Below are positions 1 through 8,444 of a stretch of 22,590 nucleotides of DNA, in pieces (position 1 is the stretch's first letter; every line of letters starts with the position of its first letter). Below the pieces are notes generated by a model, which was not told the origin of the DNA, did no database searches, and was given only the letters and a program-made list of their open reading frames with translations. This stretch comes from Candidatus Ratteibacteria bacterium (GTDB lineage Bacteria; Ratteibacteria; UBA8468; B48-G9; JAFGKM01). Both the position numbers and the translations under genes were made by a program. The stretch spans positions 1 through 22,590 of the forward strand of contig JBKBIN010000021.1 of NCBI GenBank assembly GCA_046296715.1, given 5' to 3'.

Positions 1-77
1 ATACGGAAAAACTCCTTATGAAAAATTGAAAGAAAAATTAACTTCTATTAATGTTACTACTGATTGGCAAACATACA
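1..77 (+). mobile_element. Right end of a probable IS481-family insertion sequence (element continues left of the window)
   Basis: The plus frame from base 2 reads YGKTPYEKLKEKLTSINVTTDWQTYI*; GKTPxE is typical of the C-terminal end of IS481/IS3-type integrase-core transposases. The segment ends in ...ACATACA at 77 (5'-TGT on the other strand, the IS481 terminal trinucleotide), where the neighbouring minus-strand ORF runs into a 6-residue tail and tandem stops. Confidence 0.7.
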
Positions 78-82
78 TCTGA
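2..82 (+). CDS. C-terminal fragment of a probable IS481-family transposase (5' part outside the window)
   Basis: Open frame 2..79 ending at TGA 80-82; translation YGKTPYEKLKEKLTSINVTTDWQTYI. Only 26 codons are visible. Confidence 0.6.
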   Translation, partial: YGKTPYEKLKEKLTSINVTTDWQTYI

Positions 83-2198
83 ATCTTCCTGCATAACTTC
101 CTGGTGATGGTTCAAGAATCATATTTTCTTCTGTCGCCCTCCAGATTGTAGAATATGGATAATACTTATTATTCTTCCAATCAATCTTCCATATAACATT
201 ATGACAATAAAGTTCATTTGGTTTTTCTATATCTATATAACTCCATGTTGAATATCCTCCTGCTCCAAAAAATTCATTTATAAGTTTACTAGTTTTTATA
301 TCCCATACACTTATTCTTTTTGGAGCATCACAACTTTCAGAAACCCATAATTTTCCTTCATCGTCAATATCTATACCTTTTGGATAAAGAACTCCATCAC
401 TTTTATATCTCCCAATTTTTGGTCTTCCACCTTTTTTCCCTATACTCTTTAAATATTTTCCATTTTTATCAAAAACAGTTATATTCATTAAACTCCCTCT
501 ATTTGAAACATAAATATTTCCTTTATTATCAATCGCAATTCCTGCAGGTTCTTCAATATTTTTTTCAATAAATATACTTTTTTCTCCTTCTTTACCAATC
601 TTTAAAATTTTATTTTTTGAAATTAAAAAGATATTCTCATTTTCATCAACAACAAGTTCACCAGGACTTTCAACTTCAATCTTTTTCAATAATTTACCAG
701 TTTTTGCATCATTAATTCCTATTAAATTAAGTTGTTTATAAGAAATATATAAGGTTCCATTTTTATAAAAAATTCCTGAAACATTGCATTTTTCCTGTGG
801 GCCTGGGAGTTCAGCAATTGGTTCACCATTTTCAAAATTTAAAACTTTTCCATTTGTCAAATCAAAAACTCTTACACCTTTAGATCTATCCCAGCCATGG
901 CCACCTGAAGCAAAAAATCTTTTCTTTTTATCAGAAGCAATAAAAACAGCGTCACTTTTAATTCCCCAAATTTTATTTCCTTCAAGATCAACCTTTATTA
1001 TCCCCCATCCAGATTCACATATATCCCATGTAAGAAGCATTCCATTTTCAACAGAACAAACATCCTGTGGAACTCCGTGGTCTCCTCCCCAACCACCTTT
1101 ATTATCATCTGTCTTATATGGTGGATTTCCTGAATTATGAACTGAAAATAGAAATTTTGTCTTCAAGCCCTTATGATATAAACCTTTCCATATATATTCA
1201 CCAGGAATTATTGGATTTCCTTTTTCATCAAGACCATCCCATCTTTCAATATTTATTCCCTTTTCTCTTTTAGCAGATGCTAAAATTGTTTTTATATGAT
1301 TTCCATTCTTATCAAAAATTTGAATTGTAACTTCTCCATCTTCTGGAAGATTATATGTAAAAGTTAATGGTAACGGTTTTTCAGGCAAAACCCCTTCTTC
1401 AACTAATTCTTTTGGGATATTTCCTTTTTCAGAAAAAATAATTCTTCCCCAACAGGCAGTTGATTGATAAGGAAAACCAGGTCCTGACATAACATCATAA
1501 GCCCATGCAGAACCACCAGCAGTTTTAAGTCCATCAGGAGCGCTCCAACAAAACTGAACAACTCCTGCTACTGTCTTTCCAATAATATCTTCAAATTTTA
1601 CATCAAAAATTTCCCAAGGAATTTTATATTCAAAAATATATTCATTTTCACCTTTTAAATAGACAGCAGAAAATTTATCTTTTGGAACAACTCCACCTTT
1701 CCATTCTTCTCTTATTGGTAAATATTTCATTGTCTTATAAATTTGTAAAACTGGTTCTTGTCTATCAGTAAAATACCATAATGTTAAATGAAAAAGTTTA
1801 TTTATCATTTTTGGTTGCCATGTTGAAGATATAACAGGATATCCAATAGAAGGATCAAGAACTATTCTAAACTGACAGGAATCAGCATCCCATCCTCTAT
1901 CTGGTTCAACAAAAGGGTCATGTCTATTCATCATTGGTGTTGTATCTTTTACTATTGCACTTAAATATAATGCTCCCCTGTCATACATTGCTGCAAATTT
2001 AGCACTCTGCATTTGACTTGTCTCAGGGACAACATAAATAAATAATTGACCTGATAAATCCCAATCATCAAGTTTCCCATCAATTAAAACCTTCCCAGGA
2101 GCAGGAACAACATAAAGTTTGCTATGCCTTGCAACTTGAGAAAAAACATTGAAAAAATAAATAAGAAAAAGGATTAAAAACAACTTAAAAAATCTCAT
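57..2198 (-). CDS. Secreted multidomain protein (CBM9-like sugar-binding domain, FlgD Ig-like domain, NHL/beta-propeller repeats), probably 3'-truncated by an IS insertion
   Basis: N-terminal signal peptide MRFFKLFLILFLIYFFNVFS; IDGKLDDW...LYLSAIVKD...YIFEYKIPW (CBM9-like); FTYNLPEDGEVTIQIFDKNG...WDGLDEKGNPIIPGEY (FlgD Ig); PAGIAIDNKGNIYVS and PKGIDIDDEGKLWVS (NHL repeats). AGGAGG RBS at 2205-2210. The last six residues (CMFANQ) are encoded by the putative IS end. Confidence 0.8.
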   Translation of the reverse strand: MRFFKLFLILFLIYFFNVFSQVARHSKLYVVPAPGKVLIDGKLDDWDLSGQLFIYVVPETSQMQSAKFAAMYDRGALYLSAIVKDTTPMMNRHDPFVEPDRGWDADSCQFRIVLDPSIGYPVISSTWQPKMINKLFHLTLWYFTDRQEPVLQIYKTMKYLPIREEWKGGVVPKDKFSAVYLKGENEYIFEYKIPWEIFDVKFEDIIGKTVAGVVQFCWSAPDGLKTAGGSAWAYDVMSGPGFPYQSTACWGRIIFSEKGNIPKELVEEGVLPEKPLPLTFTYNLPEDGEVTIQIFDKNGNHIKTILASAKREKGINIERWDGLDEKGNPIIPGEYIWKGLYHKGLKTKFLFSVHNSGNPPYKTDDNKGGWGGDHGVPQDVCSVENGMLLTWDICESGWGIIKVDLEGNKIWGIKSDAVFIASDKKKRFFASGGHGWDRSKGVRVFDLTNGKVLNFENGEPIAELPGPQEKCNVSGIFYKNGTLYISYKQLNLIGINDAKTGKLLKKIEVESPGELVVDENENIFLISKNKILKIGKEGEKSIFIEKNIEEPAGIAIDNKGNIYVSNRGSLMNITVFDKNGKYLKSIGKKGGRPKIGRYKSDGVLYPKGIDIDDEGKLWVSESCDAPKRISVWDIKTSKLINEFFGAGGYSTWSYIDIEKPNELYCHNVIWKIDWKNNKYYPYSTIWRATEENMILEPSPGSYAGRFRCMFANQ

Positions 2199-2217
2199 AA
2201 AAAACCTCCTTTCTTTT

Positions 2218-2943
2218 TTAATAATGGTAATCTTTTTGAATTTTCCATTTTCCCATTTTCCCTTTTTCTATCGCAATTTTTATATTTTCTTTCCCTACTT
2301 TTTTATTGTAATGATTCCCATGACCAGGCAGTAAAAAATCAAAATCAACTCTTTCAATCTTTTCTAAACTTTTAAGTAATTGGTCTTTGTTAAAATCTTC
2401 ACTTCCTGACCAGCCAATTTCACCTTCTGGCATAATTAAATCACCTGTAAAAAGAAATTTCTTCTTATTTAAATTCAAAAGATATGAAGAACAACCCATT
2501 GTGTGTCCTGGAGTATATAAACAAAAAAGTTCAAATTCATCAAAAATAAATTTTTTATCAGAAATAAAAGTTTTTTCTATTTTAAATGGTTTAACAAGAT
2601 GAGGAAATTCATACCATACCCGATATGTTTTCTCCTGAAAAGATTTTGCACAATTTTTATGGCAAATTATCTCTGCTTCCTTTTCTTTAAAAAATAATGA
2701 ATTTAAACTATGGTCATAATGGCAATGTGTAAGAAAAATATGTGTAATTTTTTTTGATGTAATTTTTTTCACATTTTCATAAATTTCTCTACCAGTAAAA
2801 CCATTTCCACAATCTATCAGAATAAAACCATTTTTATATTCAAAACCATAGACATTACAGTGAGCAAGATAAGATGTCATTTCTTTTATTCCATACCAAC
2901 CAACTCTATAAATTCCTTCAAAATCTTTTATTTTATCATTCAT
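2218..2943 (-). CDS. Metallo-beta-lactamase-fold hydrolase (glyoxalase II-like)
   Basis: LIDCG, THCHYDH (HxHxDH), PGHT, FTGD and PGHG metal-binding motifs; ATGA overlap with the upstream regulator stop. Confidence 0.9.
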   Translation of the reverse strand: MNDKIKDFEGIYRVGWYGIKEMTSYLAHCNVYGFEYKNGFILIDCGNGFTGREIYENVKKITSKKITHIFLTHCHYDHSLNSLFFKEKEAEIICHKNCAKSFQEKTYRVWYEFPHLVKPFKIEKTFISDKKFIFDEFELFCLYTPGHTMGCSSYLLNLNKKKFLFTGDLIMPEGEIGWSGSEDFNKDQLLKSLEKIERVDFDFLLPGHGNHYNKKVGKENIKIAIEKGKMGKWKIQKDYHY

Positions 2944-3986
2944 CTTTTAATAAGTATTTGAGGTATTTTAAAAGTTTTTTTAGGAAATTTCCCTTCTTTT
3001 AATATCTTTCCTAAAACTTTTGCTATTTCTTCTTCATTTATTGAAATAGAAGAAATTTGTGGTTCAAAATCTGTAGAATAAGGAGTATTAAAATATCCTA
3101 TCATTTTATAATCTGTTCCAAGCCATATTCCTTTTTCTTCAAGAAATTTTTGAACTTTTCTCGCTACATAATCAGCAAAAGCAAATATTCCAATATCTTT
3201 TTTCTTTTTATTAAATAAATGATAAATTTTCTCTTTCAAATATTCTTCTCCTTTATTTACAATCAAATTTTCTTCTTCAAATTTTAAGCCAATTTTTTTA
3301 AATGCCTTTTTAATGCCTTCAATTCTTTGTTCATCTATATTTGGAGAATAAGAAGGATTTGCCTGCGTAACTATAATTATATTTCTGCAACCCTCATTAA
3401 AAAGATATTCTGTACCAATAGTTCCACCCATCTCATAATTAGAAAGAATAAATGTTGCTTTAAATTTTAAATTTGACTCAAATTTATTTATAAAAATTAG
3501 GTTTTTAATCTTTGAAACATTTCTTTTTATCAAAGCAAAATTGAAATCTCCAACTCCATCAATAATTATAAATTCAGGACTATTTTCAATTACATCTTCA
3601 ATTTGATTTAAAAGATTTTCTTCTTTTCCTGGAGTATTATCAATAAGAACAGAAAAATATGAATTTTCTTGTATTTGCCTTATTATTAAATGTGTTAATT
3701 TCCCGTAAACATGACCAGTTGCCCTTTCTATTAAAACTCCTATCCTATAACTTAATCTTCTTTTTTCTCTTGATTTAACAATTGTCCCTACTTTTGTCTT
3801 TCTTTCAATTAAACCTTCCTGTTCAAGAAAAGATAAGACCTTATTTATTGTTCCTCTATTTACATTATAAATTTTTACAAGTTCATGTTCAGTTGGTAGT
3901 TTTTCACCTGGCTTTCTTTTCAAAATCTCCTCTGTTAAATGCTCCTTTATAATTTCAAATTTTTTCTTAAAAACTATTTTTTCCAT
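2940..3986 (-). CDS. GntR-family transcriptional regulator with a LacI-type sugar-binding C-terminal domain (AraR-like)
   Basis: N-terminal GntR wHTH (PGEKLPTEHELVKIYNVNRGTINKVLSFLEQEGLIER); C-terminal periplasmic-binding-protein-like region (SNYEMGG, RIEGI, IFAFAD, ISSI). Confidence 0.9.
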   Translation of the reverse strand: MEKIVFKKKFEIIKEHLTEEILKRKPGEKLPTEHELVKIYNVNRGTINKVLSFLEQEGLIERKTKVGTIVKSREKRRLSYRIGVLIERATGHVYGKLTHLIIRQIQENSYFSVLIDNTPGKEENLLNQIEDVIENSPEFIIIDGVGDFNFALIKRNVSKIKNLIFINKFESNLKFKATFILSNYEMGGTIGTEYLFNEGCRNIIIVTQANPSYSPNIDEQRIEGIKKAFKKIGLKFEEENLIVNKGEEYLKEKIYHLFNKKKKDIGIFAFADYVARKVQKFLEEKGIWLGTDYKMIGYFNTPYSTDFEPQISSISINEEEIAKVLGKILKEGKFPKKTFKIPQILIKR

Positions 3987-3993
3987 TTTGTCT

Positions 3994-4008
3994 ATTCGTT
4001 CAACAAAT
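3994..4008. promoter_or_regulatory. Candidate operator of the GntR/AraR-like regulator
   Basis: 15-bp imperfect palindrome ATTCGTTCAACAAAT (reverse complement ATTTGTTGAACGAAT) between the -10 box and the regulator's start codon. Confidence 0.45.
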
Positions 4009-4018
4009 TACATTTAAA

Positions 4019-4046
4019 ATTATAAACCTATTTTTTAATCTGTCAA
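4019..4046 (-). promoter_or_regulatory. Sigma70-type promoter of the regulator/MBL hydrolase/secreted protein unit
   Basis: Minus strand TTGACA (4046-4041), 16-nt spacer, TATAAT (4024-4019): both hexamers are exact consensus, 32 nt upstream of the ATG at 3986. Confidence 0.8.
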
Positions 4047-4070
4047 TAGTTTATATAAAAAGCAAAAAGA

Positions 4071-4982
4071 TTATTCTATTTCATCTAAACTTACAGGTCT
4101 TTTTTCCTTTTCACTTATTAAAGCAGATTCCATAAATTTCATAATTTCAAGTGTTTCTTCAGGTTCTACTGGTGGTTTTCCTGTTTTAAAAAATTTAATA
4201 ATTTCTTTCAAAAGTTGAGCATATATTGGAATTTCCTGTGAATATGTGATATGAACAATCTTCTTCTCACCAAAAATAGTTGCGCCATAATTGTGTAATC
4301 CTTTTCTTGTTCCTCGTACTGTCCCAATTTTATTATTTTCCCAAATTCCTACGACAAAATGGAAATCCTCTGTTGCTTCACAATAAACCCTTTTACAACC
4401 CTTACCTAAAAATGTATACAAAATTTCAACTCCATGAATACCATACCAGAATAATCCAGGATTTGTTGGGTCAAGAAAACAAGGAGAAAAAGCATCGCAA
4501 CCAAAAATCTCTCCAATATTGGGATCTTTTTTTGTGTTTGTTATATTAAAATCAAATCTTAATGAAGAAGATGAAAAAACTGGACAATTATTTGCTTTTG
4601 CCATCCGATAAATTTTTAATGCATCATAATAGTTTGAAGCAAGTGGTTTATCTATAAAAATTGGTTTTTGTACTTTTATAACTGGTTCTGCTTCTTTTAA
4701 ATGTCTTCTTCCATCAACACTTTCAAGCAAAATAGCATCAACTTTCTCTATCAATTCATCTATTGAATTAACAATTTCAATATTATATTTCTCAACAAGT
4801 TCTTTTTTAAATCCCTCTACCCTTGAATAACTTGCATATAGATCAGAACTATAAGAAGGATAACCAGCAACTATTTTTCCACCTTTTACATAATTAGGAT
4901 CATTTTCATCATTTAAAAGTTTTGTAAAAGCAACAACATGAGAAGTATCAAACCCAATTATTCCTATTTTTATCTCTTCCAT
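4071..4982 (-). CDS. Gfo/Idh/MocA-family NAD(P)-dependent oxidoreductase
   Basis: IKIGIIGFDTSH Rossmann start, FIDKPLA motif, FWYGIH catalytic region; GAGGA RBS upstream. Confidence 0.88.
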   Translation of the reverse strand: MEEIKIGIIGFDTSHVVAFTKLLNDENDPNYVKGGKIVAGYPSYSSDLYASYSRVEGFKKELVEKYNIEIVNSIDELIEKVDAILLESVDGRRHLKEAEPVIKVQKPIFIDKPLASNYYDALKIYRMAKANNCPVFSSSSLRFDFNITNTKKDPNIGEIFGCDAFSPCFLDPTNPGLFWYGIHGVEILYTFLGKGCKRVYCEATEDFHFVVGIWENNKIGTVRGTRKGLHNYGATIFGEKKIVHITYSQEIPIYAQLLKEIIKFFKTGKPPVEPEETLEIMKFMESALISEKEKRPVSLDEIE

Positions 4983-4990
4983 TTTTCCTC

Positions 4991-5887
4991 CTATTTTAAA
5001 TTGATTAAGATTTTTTTAAAATCTTCTGGAAATGATGCATAAAATTCTAAATACTGACCTGTTTTGGGATGAATGAAATTAATTTTATATGAATGCAGTG
5101 CCAATCTATTTACAATTTCTGCTTTTTTTTGCCCGTATTTTGTATCTCCTAAAATAGGATATCCAAGATAAGATAAAGTTAGACGAATTTGATGGGTTCT
5201 ACCTGTAATCGGTTTTATTTTAAGTAATGTTAAGTCATCAATATATTTCTCAACTTCTATTTCTGTAAATGCCTCCTTTCCTTTTAAAAAATGGACTTTC
5301 ATTTTTGTTGGATTCTCTTTATCAGGTGAAACTTTAAATTCAACTATTTTTTTCTTTTCGGGAAATTTGCCCTCAACAATTGCATAATATTCTTTTTTTA
5401 CAAGACGATTTTTAAACTGTTCAATTAAAGACCAGTAAGAAAAATCATTTTTTGCAAAAACAATTACACCGCTTGTTTCTTTATCAAGACGATGAACGAC
5501 TCCCATTCTATATGGTGCTCCAATATTTGAAAGTTTTGTATGATAAAGTATGTAATTTAATAGTGTTCCTGATTTTATTTTGGGTGTTGGATGAGTTATA
5601 ATCCCTGATGGTTTATTGATAACTATTATATCTTCATCTTCGTAAATTATGTCAATTTCTCCTTTTTCAGGCTTTATTATTTCTTTATCTATTAAATCTT
5701 CAAAAGCATAAATTTTTATAACATCATTTTTTTTTAAAACATAGGAAGGTTCAATTTTTTTTTCGTTAACAACGATTTTGTTTTCCTCTATAAGTTTTTT
5801 TATTTTTTCGCGAGAGATTTTTAATTCTTGTTTTAAAAATTTATCTATCCTTATCTTATCCTCTTTTTTATATTCTATTACATCCAT
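4991..5887 (-). CDS. rluD: RluA-family RNA pseudouridine synthase (RluD-like, with N-terminal S4 domain)
   Basis: RIDKFL S4 start, INKPSG, VHRLDKETSG with the catalytic Asp, TGRTHQIR, PILGDTKYG, ALHS. Confidence 0.9.
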   Translation of the reverse strand: MDVIEYKKEDKIRIDKFLKQELKISREKIKKLIEENKIVVNEKKIEPSYVLKKNDVIKIYAFEDLIDKEIIKPEKGEIDIIYEDEDIIVINKPSGIITHPTPKIKSGTLLNYILYHTKLSNIGAPYRMGVVHRLDKETSGVIVFAKNDFSYWSLIEQFKNRLVKKEYYAIVEGKFPEKKKIVEFKVSPDKENPTKMKVHFLKGKEAFTEIEVEKYIDDLTLLKIKPITGRTHQIRLTLSYLGYPILGDTKYGQKKAEIVNRLALHSYKINFIHPKTGQYLEFYASFPEDFKKILINLK

Positions 5888-5892
5888 TAGAT

Positions 5893-7053
5893 TTATGGAT
5901 GCTTTTTAGTTAATTCTTTTATCAATTCAAGTGCAATTATATTTTTCTGAATTTGGTTGGTTCCCTCATATATCTGTGTTATTTTTGCATCCCTGAACAT
6001 CTTCTCAACAGGATAATCTTTCATATATCCATAACCACCTAAAATCTGAATTGCATCTGTTGTAACTTTCATTGCAATATCTGAAGCAAATAACTTACAC
6101 ATAGCAGATTCTTTTGAAAATTCCTTTGCTCCACTATCAATCGTTCTCGCTGTTTGATAAATCAAACATCTTGCTGCTTCAATAAGAGTTGCCATTTCAG
6201 ATAAAATATGACTTACTGCTTGGAAAGATATAATTGTCTGACCAAATTGTTTTCTTGTATGAGCATATCTTAATGCCTCTTCAAAAGCACCTTGAGCAAT
6301 ACCAAGTGCCTGTGCTGCAACTCCGGGCCTTGATGTATCAAAATTTTTAAGTGTTATTAAAAAACCCATCCCTTCTCTTCCAAGAACATTTTCTTTTGAA
6401 ACTTTACAGTTTTCAAATATTAATTCTCTTGTTGCAGATGCTCTTATCCCAAGTTTTTTTTCTTTTTTCCCAAATTTAAAACCTTCTGTCCCTTTTTCAA
6501 TTATAAATGCAGTTGAACCTCTTGGTCCTTTTGTTTTATCTGTTGATGCAATAACAACATAGATTTCTGCTTCGCCTCCATTTGTAATCCATTGTTTAGT
6601 TCCATTTAAAATATAGCAATCACCCTCTTTTTTTGCTGTTGTATTTAGGTTTGTTATATCACTACCTGCTTCAGGTTCTGTTACAGCAAATGCAGCAAGT
6701 TTTTCTCCTTTTGCAATAGGTGGTAAATATTTTCTCTTCTGCTCTTCATTCCCAAAAAGTATTATAGGAAAGGCGCCAAGAGCAGTTCCAGCATATGATA
6801 AAGCAATACCAGCACAAACTCTGCTTAATTCCTCAATAACAAGGCATAGTTCAAGTACTCCATATCCAAGACCACCATACTCAGAAGGAATAAAAACACC
6901 AAAAAGGTCTGCTTTTGCTAATTCTTCAACTATATCCCATGGAAAAGTTTCATTTTCATCATATTCTGCTCTTTTTGGTTTTATTTTTTCTTCTGCTATT
7001 TTCCTTGCAATCTCTTTAATCATTCTTTGTTCTTCTGTCAAAAAATATTCCAT
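5893..7053 (-). CDS. Acyl-CoA dehydrogenase (butyryl-CoA dehydrogenase-like)
   Basis: AFAVTEPEAGSD, LNGTKQWITNG, RKQFGQ, QILGGYGY, RDAKITQIYEGTNQIQ with the catalytic Glu. Confidence 0.95.
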   Translation of the reverse strand: MEYFLTEEQRMIKEIARKIAEEKIKPKRAEYDENETFPWDIVEELAKADLFGVFIPSEYGGLGYGVLELCLVIEELSRVCAGIALSYAGTALGAFPIILFGNEEQKRKYLPPIAKGEKLAAFAVTEPEAGSDITNLNTTAKKEGDCYILNGTKQWITNGGEAEIYVVIASTDKTKGPRGSTAFIIEKGTEGFKFGKKEKKLGIRASATRELIFENCKVSKENVLGREGMGFLITLKNFDTSRPGVAAQALGIAQGAFEEALRYAHTRKQFGQTIISFQAVSHILSEMATLIEAARCLIYQTARTIDSGAKEFSKESAMCKLFASDIAMKVTTDAIQILGGYGYMKDYPVEKMFRDAKITQIYEGTNQIQKNIIALELIKELTKKHP

Positions 7054-7069
7054 ATTAAACTCCTTTCAA

Positions 7070-8443
7070 TCAAGAATAAAAAAATTGTGCTGATACTGTG
7101 ACTTTGTCATAACTTATTATTCTTATCCAGTGAGAAGAAAAACCGTAAGGAAAATTATAAAATGTGTAGTTTGAGTTTGTTTCAATTTCTATAAATTTTT
7201 CCCATTTGCCATTACCCATAAAGTCAACTTCTATTAAAAACTTTTTTCTTCCTTTTTCTTTATATGATATATGAAGACAAATTTTATCAAATCCATAAAT
7301 TAAAAACGGATCAGAAACTTCGCCTTCCTTTACTTTATTTTCCCACCATGGTCCACCCCATCCTGCTGGTTTTCCCCCAAAATGCCATAAGTCATCTGTT
7401 TTTCCAAACCACAAATTTGCTTGTGGCTGTCCTACAAAAGGATTATCATCATTTATGGGAGTTGTTTGATCTCCTGCAAGAACTAAAAAACCATTCCACG
7501 AACAAAAATCCGGAATAATTCTTAAATGCCGACAGATAGGAACAATTCCCCATACTTTATTATCATAAGTCATAACAGGAAGTTCATAAAACATTCCTCC
7601 TGCATCCATTAACCATCTTTCCGATTCAACTTCTCTTATTCTTGGCCATTCAGTTGTCCATGCATGGTCCTGTGTATGAGTTGCTCTTGGTAATCTATAT
7701 TTTGTCCAGCCAGTTTCTGGTAAATAAACATAAAACAAAACAGATGCTTTATCTTGACCGACTGCATAAACTGCTTGTCCAAGTGAACCTTTACATCTTC
7801 CTGCAAGTGTATTGAATTGTGTTTTTGCTATAATTTTCCAGTTTTTCCCATCCCATTCTGCCAATCTTCCATCACTTTCATTTTTTTTGAAATCTTCATA
7901 ATAATAACTATTATTTACAACAAAAACTTTTCCATGGTTTGTATATATATCTTTAAAATGTGGTCTACCTTCTATATCAAGTGCTTTATTTAGGTCTAAA
8001 ATAAAGTTTACTTTCAATGTATAAACATCTGCCTCAAATAATTCACCTTCCATTCCAAGAAAATATACCTTCCTTTCAGGTTCATTCAAATGTCTTGCAA
8101 CACCAGCCAATCTAATATCTACAAGTTCCTCAAAAGTTGAAACATTTCCATCAATGTCAATAGTATGTGGTCCAATTATCAATTTATTTGATTCGTTATG
8201 TATCATTCTATTTGCATATGTTCCAACTCTACTTTCAGGATGTTTGTAAAGATTGAACTCATCATCTATATAGAATAACCCTGTTCCATCACCTGAACCC
8301 CTTTTATGAGCAACATATGTAACAAACCAGAGTTTATCAGCCCATGGCATTAAAGCACCAATTCCTGTTTCTGTTCTTTTAGGAAGATGTTTTGCTTTAA
8401 CTGCAAGGTTAGAAAAAATGCCATTTACATTTATTTTCTTCAT
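7070..8443 (-). CDS. Uncharacterised Trp/Gly/His-rich protein, probably beta-rich; no signal peptide
   Basis: 457-aa open frame with a 1-bp gap to the fabF stop and 16 bp to the next gene; no recognisable catalytic family motif. Confidence 0.8.
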   Translation of the reverse strand: MKKINVNGIFSNLAVKAKHLPKRTETGIGALMPWADKLWFVTYVAHKRGSGDGTGLFYIDDEFNLYKHPESRVGTYANRMIHNESNKLIIGPHTIDIDGNVSTFEELVDIRLAGVARHLNEPERKVYFLGMEGELFEADVYTLKVNFILDLNKALDIEGRPHFKDIYTNHGKVFVVNNSYYYEDFKKNESDGRLAEWDGKNWKIIAKTQFNTLAGRCKGSLGQAVYAVGQDKASVLFYVYLPETGWTKYRLPRATHTQDHAWTTEWPRIREVESERWLMDAGGMFYELPVMTYDNKVWGIVPICRHLRIIPDFCSWNGFLVLAGDQTTPINDDNPFVGQPQANLWFGKTDDLWHFGGKPAGWGGPWWENKVKEGEVSDPFLIYGFDKICLHISYKEKGRKKFLIEVDFMGNGKWEKFIEIETNSNYTFYNFPYGFSSHWIRIISYDKVTVSAQFFYS

Positions 8444-8444
8444 T

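Noticed and set aside
2218..2943. MBL-fold gene as an antibiotic-resistance beta-lactamase
   Set aside because: No signal peptide, and the motif set is the generic glyoxalase II-like pattern; nothing supports beta-lactam specificity.
4021..4055. Inverted repeat TATAAACCTA...TAGTTTATA as a possible terminator after the oxidoreductase
   Set aside because: The stem is almost all A/T with a bulge and a long loop, and it overlaps the promoter; too weak to call.
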